A stretch of 64,000 bases of DNA from Caecitellus pseudoparvulus (lineage: Eukaryota > Protista > Bigyra: Bicosoecida), in the NCBI GenBank assembly GCA_965644315.1, contig CBFFRQ010000068.1, forward strand, positions 1,178,001-1,242,000. The letters run 5' to 3'. Shown in pieces: positions 25,141 to 36,805 of this stretch. The stretch's first letter is position 1. Every line of letters begins with the position of its first letter. The notes beneath the pieces are model-generated. The model had not been told where the DNA came from, made no database searches, and saw only the letters and a list, made by a program, of their open reading frames with translations. Made by a program: the position numbers and the translations under genes.

Positions 25141-25152
25141 CATATATATTAA
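25141..25152 (-). promoter_or_regulatory. TATA-like element upstream of the tRNA gene
   Basis: TTAATATATATG lies about 41-52 nt upstream of the mature 5' end, in otherwise GC-rich DNA. Confidence 0.5.
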
Positions 25153-25263
25153 CCTGTCTTTGCCTTGGCACAGTCCTCCACAGCGGCTGTGAGACACGTT
25201 CAAGAGTACACAGTGCATTGAGCCAAAGCAGCCCCGCGAAGACAGTGCGCACCCCCGGCTGTT

Positions 25264-26482
25264 TCATGAACGGTGTGAAGCAGCTATTAACGGGGAGGAA
25301 TGCGATGCACTTGAAGGCTGCGGGTCCGGAGGAGCCGCTTCGCATTCTGGCCACGTGGTCCGGCACACCGGACAAGTGGGCTTCTGTGCCAACCACTCCA
25401 GCAAGCACGATGCGTGGAAGACATGCTTGCATGAAGGGAAGGATATTACCTCAGGGGTGCACTTGCCAGCCGCCTGCGCCCCCGTGGCGGCTGCGTCGGG
25501 CATGCCGGCCAGCGGCTCCAGGCACACAATGCACTCCAGACCGTACTGATCATCCTGCCCCGCCACAAAATTGCGTTTGTGACGGGCAGCATCCTGCACA
25601 CGTACTATGGCAGCCTGGCGCTCCACTTGCGCCTGCTCTTCGCGGGCAGCCCCTCCCTCTGCCAGCATCTGCTCCAACAAGTCTGACAGGTGTCGCGCAC
25701 GCCTAGCCGCTCGTCCCCTGCGCGTGCAGTGGAAGAAGGAGAAGCGGGCCGCAACAATGACGCAGAAGCACAGCAGCACAGCGCCCCCCACACCCAGCAT
25801 CGTCCACCACAGCAGACTGCTGCCCCCTGCACACGTTGTGGACACGGTGTACGAGACGTTGCCCGTTGGGCACAGGAGTGACTGGTGGCTCGCACTGCCA
25901 TTGGAGCAGTGAGAGTGAAGAAATGCCGATAAACCACTCTCTATCAAGTCGCTCGTCCCATCTGCCAAGGCACACACGCCCCCGTCACAGCAAACGGGGT
26001 CGAAGCAGAAGCCGAAGGCGGTTCCCACTTCCACCGGGGCGCTGCCGTTGTTCCATGAAGCTGTGGACACGACACTCGTGCACCAGCCAGCCTTTGTGGC
26101 AAAACACGCCTGCTTGAACATCTCTTGCTTCTCGGATTGTACTGAGAGGTCGATGTAGCCCTGCGGTGCATGCGGAGCAGTGAGCCCAGAGCCAGCCCTG
26201 GAGCGGGGCGACAGGACGCACCGTGTCTGAGACTTGTTCGATGGAGAACGAGCTGAATACACCCAACATTTTCTCTTGGAGTTCTGTCTCATTGAACAGC
26301 TGCCTTGTGGCAGCTCGACAAGACGATGACAGCACTCGACGCCGCAATGCAGCCGCCTGGCGTGGTGCGCGTTTCGCTTCCGTGGGTGACATCAACGCCA
26401 GGGCAAAGAGGAGCACTCCCACCACACGCAGCACGGGGTGTTGGGGCCACCCAGGCAGCTGGGACCTCTCCAGGCGCTTCAT
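25264..26482 (-). CDS. Membrane-anchored RING-H2 E3 ligase (signal/TM, Cys-rich lumenal region, TM, RING-H2)
   Basis: Hydrophobic N-terminus VVGVLLFALAL, TM WWTMLGVGGAVLLCFCVIVAA, canonical CIVC...CKHVFHASC...W...CPVCR. Intron about 26162-26222. Confidence 0.85.
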
Positions 26483-26900
26483 GCCAGCAGTCGTACACAT
26501 GCTTGGCGAGCCGGCTGCCCTGCCACCGCCTTGCCTTGCCAGCAAGCTCTGCACCTCACCCCACCGACACTTGCCTGCAGCCAACAAGGCTGAGTGCGGT
26601 CATTCGTCAAGCCTGGTGTGTGAAGAAAGGGTGACGCGAGCAAGAGTGCACCCTGGCATGAACGCATCGTCGTTTGCTGCATTCTTGCTCGCCACGAAGA
26701 CTGTGTCCCACAACGCCACACTTGTGCATCTGGGCTCAACTTTCCGCGCATGTTGCTGTCGAGACCGCGCCGGCCATTGAGGACTGCGACTCAAAACGCG
26801 GCAGCGACAGTACGCTGGGATCTCTGGGCTTGCTGTGTTGGCACTGAGCTCTCCCTGTGCTGGGGTTCCTCCACGTGTTTGCCAGCAACACGCCTCCAAA

Positions 26901-28835
26901 ATGCAACGTGCATCCAGGACAGGGCTGCCTGCCGTGCGGCAGCCCCGAAGACAGCGCCAGGTGCGCCTTCTGCGAGGGCCAGGCATGCCAGCTCGCGTGA
27001 GAGAGCATGCTGAACAGCGACACCAGGCTGGGGCTCCGTTCCATGGTGCGGGCTCTGCACTAGGGCTGACGAACTGTGCTCGCACTGTTGTCACCAGCGC
27101 TTGCCTCACAGACCCTCATGCTGGTGCAGAGCTAGATACCTCAGAGATAGCAGCTTTGCTATATGCTGCCGGCTTCGATGGCTCGCCGATACATGAGGAG
27201 CGGCAGTCCGCCCCCGCCTGCTTGCGGGAGGTCACCCTCTCGGCGCAAGATGTGAAGGAGAACCAGACTGGTGGGAGCGAAACGCATGCGTGAAACCCCT
27301 GCGCAGAGCAACTAGCAAGCCCACCCTCCTCCCCTACAGACCCCATTAGCCTCGAGCCCTTCGTCGTGGGAACTCGTGCCATCAAACTTGCATGTGGGCA
27401 CGTTTTCCATGCTTCGTCCATCAAACGGTGGACAAAGACGCACGATACTTGCCCAATGTGCCGAGCGCCAGTGGACAACTCGTGTCCTGCCCAGCCTGCA
27501 GCAGCTGCTGCCCCCGCACTGCCCCCACAACCACAACCAGCCCCATACCCCGCTGAGGGGGCCCCTTGGGAGGCCCCCGCACTGCCGCACGCTGGCACTG
27601 CTCAGCATGCACTGGGCGGTGGGGGTGCTGGCTGGCAGCCCGTGGCACCTGCCCCTGCACCTGCAGCTGCAGCAGCACAGGCAGGAGCAGGCACAGGATC
27701 CACAGTGTCTGACGCAAGTGATGAGTCGGGGTGTGAGGACGACACAGAGGCTCTTGTCCGCGCTTCCCTGGCAGTGCTGCCGCGTGAAGCGCTGTGGGAG
27801 CGAGCGACCATGGAGGGCTTGGCTGTGAGGGCGGGGGCATCCAGTGACGAGATCATCGACCTGATCACGGCATCGATGTTGCAGTCAGCGGATGCGGCTG
27901 CTGCACGCGCGCCACGGGCGGCTTTGCCTGTCCAGCGGCCCGTCACGCGAGCTGTGTCGCCTGCCCAGCCTGCAGCAGCTGCTGCCCCCACACTGCCCCC
28001 ACAACCACAACCAGCCCCATACCCCGCTGAGGAGGCCCCTTGGGAGGCCCCCGCACTGCCGCGCGCTGGCACTGCTCAGCATGCACTGGGCGGTGGGGGT
28101 GCTGGCTGGCAGCCCGTGGCACCTGCACCTGCACCTGCAGCAGCAGCAGCACAGGCAGGAGCAGGCACAGGATCCACAGTGTCTGACGCAAGTGACGAGT
28201 CGGGGTGTGGGGACGACACAGAGGCTCTTGTCCGCGCTTCCTTGGCAGTGCTGCCGCGTGAAGCGCTGTGGGAGCGAGCGACCATGGAGGGCTTGGCTGT
28301 GAGGGCGGGGGCATCCAGTGACGAGATCATCGACCTCATCACGGCATCGATATTGCAGTCAGCGGATGCGGCTGCTGCACGCGCGCCACGGGCGGCTTTG
28401 CCTGTCCAGCGGCCCGTCACGCGAGCTGTGTCGCCTGCCATGCCCTTGCCGCGGCCCACCACACCCTCACGACGCCCTGCAAGCCCTACTGAGAGCTGGA
28501 GCTCGGATTCGCCCACCCCCGCTCCCTCGCACATGGCCGTGTTTCCTGTGCCAGATGCAGACAGTCTCGGTGACGGACAGTACCAGCTGTGCTTCCGCCT
28601 CCCAGATACCTCCGCTGTGTTTCTAAGCCTGCCAGGTGACCTGGCCGTGGGCACTGTGATGTCCATGCTGTGGGAGAGCGGTGCAGGGTGCCTCGGCAAC
28701 CCCACTGCAGCTCCTGAGCCCCCTTTCCGGGTTGTGGACCTGGATGGTCGGGCAGTGCTGGAGAACTTCATGTTGCCCCTCAGTGAGTGTGGCCTTGATG
28801 TGCGGGGGACGTTCAAGGTGGTGTTGAGAGAGTGA
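26901..28835 (+). CDS. Protein with a degenerate RING-H2, two SAP/HeH-like repeats and a C-terminal UBX/ubiquitin-like domain
   Basis: Spliced ...EVTLSAQDVKENQT / DPISLEPFVVGTRAIKLACGHVFHASSIKRWTKTHDTCPMCR, a duplicated 158-aa unit, and a C-terminal LCFRLPD...LSECGLDVRGTFKVV. Start codon uncertain (26901 or 26985). Confidence 0.72.
27486..28439 (+). repeat. 474-bp in-frame tandem duplication (2 near-identical copies)
   Basis: cctgcccagcctgcagcagct begins at both 27486 and 27960. Only scattered substitutions separate the copies, and cctgcc recurs at 28434. Confidence 0.97.
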
Positions 28836-29224
28836 CCTGCCTCGCGCGGGTGCAGCGCGGACCAGGCCACTTGGCTGCCCTCCGGGAAGCACTGCGTGTA
28901 ATACATTTGTCTCGTTTGGGATCTGCCGTCGAAATCTTGGACGCATCTCTGACAAACCCTCGACCATGCAGCAGTGACCTCAGGCGAACCGACCACGCCG
29001 TCAGGACACAAGCCAGCTCTATTTCCGCAGCAACGCCATGGCAGCGCAAACCCCACCACCTTCGCTCGGCAGGCAGCTGACGAGCTCAGGGGATGACCCG
29101 ACAGGCAATACAGGTGTGTGCATGCAAGGCCCGTGGCAGGGCTACCAGTGCCGCGCAACACGCACGTTCTCTGCGCCTCGCTGCAGCGAGTGCTAGCGGC
29201 CACCCCTCTCGAAGTGTTGGCACG

Positions 29225-30923
29225 ATGTTGGGCACTGCAGGCGGGACGGGGACGTCGGTGGGGGCCAGCCCCAGCACGTTCGAAGTGCGCCTGGGCGGGC
29301 TGACAGACCCAGGCGTGCCAGGCAAGAACAACCAAGATGACTTCTTCGTCTGGGACTCGGGGGACGGGCAGAACTTCATCCTGGGCGTTTTGGACGGGCA
29401 TGGCCGGGATTTGGGCTCCCTCGCTGCCAACGTCGCCAAGCGCTCCCTGCAGGCTGAGCTGAGTGCAGGGTTCGACAAGATTAGGGCTGATCCACACACA
29501 ACCTTGGTGACGGCCTTTGAAAACGCCCACCTTGCGGTGAAGCAGGTGCGTCTTGTGTGAAGCAGCGCCCCGGCGGGCTGACACTGCAGCTGACCAAGTC
29601 GGTGCAGAGTCCAGCGGCTCCTCGGCGTGCCTGTATACCTGAGAGGGATTCCTCATGTCATGTCAGCCTGGTTAGCCAGTCTTGTGGCCGGCCAGGCGCG
29701 GGCAGGACAACAGGTGTAGCGCACTTCCCTTGGCGTGTTGAAAGCGGCACACCCTCAACCCCCGCTCAGCAGCACACGCACCCCGCCACCCGCCCCCCTC
29801 GTCGCAGTCGTTTAAGGAGTTCTATGAAAGCGCGGGATGGGTTGTCACGGAAGAGCCTGAGGGGTACTTGGTGCGCCAGCGCCCGTCAGGGGGTGGCAAG
29901 ACCTGCATCCATGGTGGCACCACTGGCACCGTGGTAGTTGTCGTGGATGGCCGCTACGTTGTCGTCGCCAACGTGGGAGACTCCTCCATCCTGCTCTGTG
30001 GAAGTGGGGGGGACGTGGTCATGCAGCCCATGGCGACTTGGACGCCACGTGGGGCTCTCTCCCTTCAGCAGGTGCCTGGCAGCAGCAAGCTGGCGCCAGG
30101 GGCGCCCTCCACCTCCCTGCGCCACCCAGTCACTGGCTCGCGAGGTGAACTCAGCATTGCTGCGGCAGACTTTTCTCTCAAGTCCACCGCCCCTGCCGCC
30201 TGCTCTGAGCTGAGCAAGGACCACGGCCCTGAGTGCGCCTCGGAGTTCCTGCGCATGCGCGACTTCAGGCCCAACCCCGGCAAGCCCTCAGTGCCTGCCC
30301 TGTCCTTCGTTTACGACACCCTCACCGCGAGCAAGCTGAAGTGCCCGCCCATCTTCGACGTGGCTACCGACACCACAGGCAAGGAGGTCGTCACGCGCAC
30401 CGGTCGCGGCACGTACTACAAAAATGTCCGCAATGAGTGGGCAACCCTGGTGGCCACCCCGCCCGAGGCGGCATTCCAGGATGCCCTGGCCTTCACCCGC
30501 TCCATCGGGGACCTGCACCTGCAAACGTACGGCGTGTCTCACGTGCCGGAAGTTGGCTGGATGGACCTCATGGCGTACTCTGTGACTGCGCCGGGCAAGG
30601 CAGCTTCCGGCCCCATCGCTGCCTCCGGGCCCATCGTTCTCTGCGTCTGCTCTGATGGCGTGTGGGACAACTGGAAGTTCGAAGACGTCAGTCAGTTCCT
30701 GCTGCACCCAGGCCGTGTGGAGTTCGCACTCAAGCACGAGACGTCCCAGGCCTGCTGCGTGGATTTGATGCAGGCCAACCTGGAACGGGCCAAGGTCAAC
30801 TTCGGCAGCTCCGCTGACAACATGACCGCCGTCCTGGCTTACATGGTGCCTGCACTGAGTGGCTTGGCAAGTGCGGCTGGTGGCACTGGCGTGGGGGAGG
30901 AGGGGGACGTCAAGCTGGACTGA
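29225..30923 (+). CDS. PP2C/PPM-family protein phosphatase
   Basis: NNQDDFF, GVLDGHG, GGTT, VANVGDS, LSKDH, LAFTRSIGD, CSDGVWD and DNMT motifs. Intron about 29546-29808. The start may extend upstream to 29093. Confidence 0.9.
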
Positions 30924-31036
30924 CCGCAGCCCGCCCACACCTCGCTGCCTCTCCCTGAATACACTACCTTGCGTGCGGTGCGGCGCGCGGGGACACCCCT
31001 GTCCACGCCGCAACAGTGCATTGTGCTGCTGCAGCC

Positions 31037-33207
<2,171 letters not shown>

Positions 33208-33454
33208 GGTAGATTGGGGCTGGAAGGAGTGAGTGCCCTCGGTTCTGTTCATGTGCTGCGCCGCGGGGTGCAGTGCATTGGCCGAGGTTGTGGGGAGATA
33301 AAAAGTGCCCCGTGGCACCTGTTGCGCTGTGCGACGCCCAAGGAAAGGAGCGCAGAGCAGACCTCCAGGCCTACTACGGGCCTCCTGACCTCTCAGCGCT
33401 GGGCACCCCATTCTGCTGCCCCTCAGCGCAGTGCAATGTTGGGCGGTGTCGCCG

Positions 33455-34269
33455 TCACCTGCGCGAGCGCTTTCTCGCCCGCTGCGCTGCTGCAGCAGCA
33501 GGGGCGTCCACAGGAGCGACGCTCGCCGTGAACTGCGGCGCAGGTCGGCCAGCAGACTTGTTCAAGCGCTTCCTGCGCAATGCTTGGCCCGCTGGCGCCC
33601 GCGCGTGCCTCTCCCCGCTGTACAGAGTCTGTGCCAGAAACGCCATGGCGCTGCTGCGAGTGTCTGCGGCAGCGGCACCGGCCGTGGAGTCCCCGTCGAA
33701 GACCAGGCGCTGCCCGGCTGCCTGCACCGCCGCGCCACCCGTGGCCACGACAGTCACGCCGCCGTCAGCCTCCTTGGCCGTGGCAGGCGCCGAGGCGGCG
33801 GTGGACACCACTCCCACGGGAACGACAGAGGCCTTGGCTGCAGCGGCTTGCGCCTGTGTCGCTTCCTCTGCTTCCCTGCATGCGCCAAAGGATCAGAGTG
33901 TGAGAAAGGGCCTTGCGGCGTGCAGGTTCTCGGAGCCACTCACGCTTGCCGCAAATCCTCCTCAGCCGCCTCCAACAACTCAAGGGGCAAGGCATCGGAG
34001 ACAGCAACCTTCTGCACAGGTGACACAGGTGCTGTCTCTTTCGCAGGCTCTGCACGGCTCCGTTTGCGCTGCCTGCACGGTCGGGAAGGGAAAGCATTGC
34101 TCGTGTGCGCCTGCGGAACTAGAACGGCAGACGCCGCACGCGAGAATGCGCACTTCTGGCTTTTTTTGCTCGCTGCTCGCTCGGCCCCACGCTGCGTCAC
34201 AGCTGCTGCATGTGCGGATGTGAAAGAGACCTCCTGGGGAGCCTCATTGTCGCTGTCGCTGTCGCTCAT
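33455..34269 (-). CDS. NOL7/Utp16(Bud21)-like nucleolar protein
   Basis: MSDSDSDNEAPQEVSF...RKRSR...ALPLELLEAAEE. The EAPxEV and LPxELL motifs plus the basic C-terminus resemble NOL7/Bud21. Two introns. Confidence 0.5.
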
Positions 34270-34429
34270 GACGGTGGAGCTTGCCAACTCAATTACCGCA
34301 GGTGCGAAAGCACGCCGGAAGCGCAGCAGACCTGGAGCTGCATGTACTGCAGGTACCGTTCGTGGGGTGGGACATGCCGATTTTACGGTTTTGGATTTCT
34401 GGGTGGCCCAACTCTGCGACAGCTCCATG

Positions 34430-36168
34430 TCAAGCTGACTCTTGGGTGGTTGCCTCGTCCGCCTTCGCCTCCTCCCCTGCCGCGGCAGCGACATCCACGT
34501 CCTCCTCACCCTCCTCGCCCTCCTCACCCTCCTCGCCCTCCTCCCCGCCTGCACTCTCTGCCCAGGCCTCTACGAGGGGGCACTCCCACGTGCCCCACAC
34601 GTCAGGCCCCAACTTGACCTCCTCCGGCGTCAGGCAGGCATCTCGCAGAAGCTTCTCAATGGCAGCTTGCTTCAAGCCGATGCCGATGAACACCACCTCG
34701 GAAAGCCTGTCCCCCCACTCGGAGTCCCACGTCTCTCGCTCCTTCTGCAACTGTGCCAGCGCCTCCTCGTCCAGGGCCTCTTCCTGCTCTGGCCCCCACG
34801 TGCAAGCCCACGTCTGCGTGGGGTGCAGGGAGAACTGCCGCCCAGCATGAGCCCACTCCACCACGGCATCGTGGGCAGAGGAGAGCCAGACGCTGCCCTT
34901 GGACCTCAGCAGCTTCCCGAAGTCTGCGGCGTCATCTACTGCAGCCGCCTTTCCTTCCGCCTCCGCCTCCGCGTCACCCTCGCCAAAGAGAGTCTGCAAC
35001 GCGTCATGCAGGCGCTGGGGGTGGAAGGGGGCGTCTGCCTCCCGGAAAACAAAGGAACTGACGCCATACTCCTCCGTCTCTGGCACTTGCGTGCCACTGC
35101 GCGGTGGGCGGGGGGAGGCGCGTGCAACACGGATACGAGGCGGCAGCAGGCAGATGGGCGCAGCACGCACCGCAGTTCCTGCAGCCAGCCAGGGCTTGTT
35201 GCAGCCGTTTCAAAGTCAAAAAGACCTGTGTTCAAAACGCTCTTGAGGGGCACCTTCGAGTGCTGTGTGTGCTGGATCTTGGCTCGGGGGTTCAGTTTGC
35301 GGACGAGGCGCTCAATGCCACCCAGGTCCGCCGTGCTGACCAGGTCAGTTTTGTTCAGCAGGATGACATCCGCAAACTCCACTTGGTCCACGAGCAAGTC
35401 CACGATCGTGCGCTCGTCAGCGGGCGTGGCAGCGCCTTGCTCGGGGCGGTCTGCCAGCTTGTCCAGGCTGTCGAAGTCTTCGAAGAACCGTGCGGAGTCC
35501 ACGACGGTGACCATGGTGTCCAGGCGGGCCACATCGCCCAGCATCTCCCCTGTCTCCAGGTCTCCAAACGTGAACGTCTCGGCCACTGGCAGCGGCTCGC
35601 TGATGCCGGTGCTCTCGATGACGATGTAGTCCACGCCGCCGCCCTTGGCGAGGGAGGACACCTCGCGCAGCAAGTCTTCTCGCAGCGTGCAGCAAATGCA
35701 GCCGTTCTGCATGGCCACCAGCTGCTCGTGGGCTTGGCGCAGCATGCTGCGAGGCCCCACAGCGGCGGCGTCCACGTTGAGCTGCGGACGGGCGCTTGGG
35801 CGGCGGGTGGCGCGCCGAATGGACCGGGAGGGCGGGTCTCGAAAAAGCCAAGCAACAGCACGTACCTCGCTCATGTCGTTCACAATGACAGCCACCCGCA
35901 AGCCTTCTTTGTTCGTGAGGATGTGCTGCGGGAGGGCACAGAGTCATGTGGGGTCAGTGGCACACGCCGCAGGATGCCTCGAACCTGGGCAGCACGTGCT
36001 CACCTTCAGCAAGGTTGTCTTGCCACTGCCCAGGAAGCCGCTGAGCACTGTCACCGGCACTTTCTGGCTTGAGACGGCTTCTTGGGTGGCCTTGCTGACC
36101 TTCGTGCGAGGCTCAGGGGCACTTGCGGCACCAGCCGTGCCTTCATCGCGGGGGGACTTGCTGGCCAT
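34430..36168 (-). CDS. COG0523/CobW-family zinc metallochaperone GTPase (YciC/ZagA-like)
   Basis: VTVLSGFLGSGKTTLL, AVIVNDMSE, NGCICCTLREDL (CxCC), ESTGISEPLPVAETF, LLNKTD, PETEEYGVSSF, FHPQRL, LRSKG and WGDR...VFIG. Three introns. Confidence 0.94.
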
Positions 36169-36805
36169 GTCGCACAAGTCTGCGGGGTTCAAGTGGCAAA
36201 GGGTGTGCAGAGGGCGCCCACCTCCAGCATGCTGCGCCAGCCCGCAGCTGCCTGACACGGCATGGGATGCTCCGGCTTGGCCAGCAACACCAGCACCGGT
36301 GGGGCTGGCAAAGACGCCCAAGGCAGCGGGGGCGGAGCGGCCGGCGTCTTGTGGCGAAGGCCACCCACGAGGAAACAAGCACCAGCGAAGGCATTGCGGC
36401 ACACTCAGCCGATCAGATGCAGGCGTGAGGCAGGAACTGACTGCCACGTTGTGCACGCGTTCCGCCACGCCTGCACTCATGCCATTACACACCTGCGGAC
36501 CACCAGAGCGCGGAGATTTTTGCGGGGAATTTTTGAAGGTCCCGGGGAACTGGAAAAGGGTGCAAGCAAGTCAAAGAGGCAAAAGCGCGGGTGGAAAGTG
36601 AAATGAAAGCGCCTTTGCCCAGCCCTGCGCTCCGGCCTTCTGGCGCTGGCAGGAAACGCTGCCTCGCTCAAGCAGGCGCATTCCCGACGGGCCACGCCGC
36701 AGCCACGGAGCTTGAACGCTCGCCAAGCAGAGTGAGCCAGGGGAAAATGCTGCAACTTTGCGTCTTCCGAAAGCTGGTTGACTCGCATGAAGCGCTCCCT
36801 GACTT

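Noticed and set aside
27486-28439. 474-bp direct repeat as LTRs or a CRISPR-like array
   Set aside because: The copies abut and are in-frame coding, with no TG...CA ends, internal domain, spacers or cas genes.
28076-29656. 526-aa antisense ORF and many other long overlapping ORFs
   Set aside because: These are shadow frames of GC-rich coding DNA opposite well-supported genes.
36510-36545. Sm-site-like AATTTTTG motifs
   Set aside because: No U1, U2, U4 or U5 hallmarks nearby. Similar A/T tracts occur in other upstream regions such as 11260-11305.
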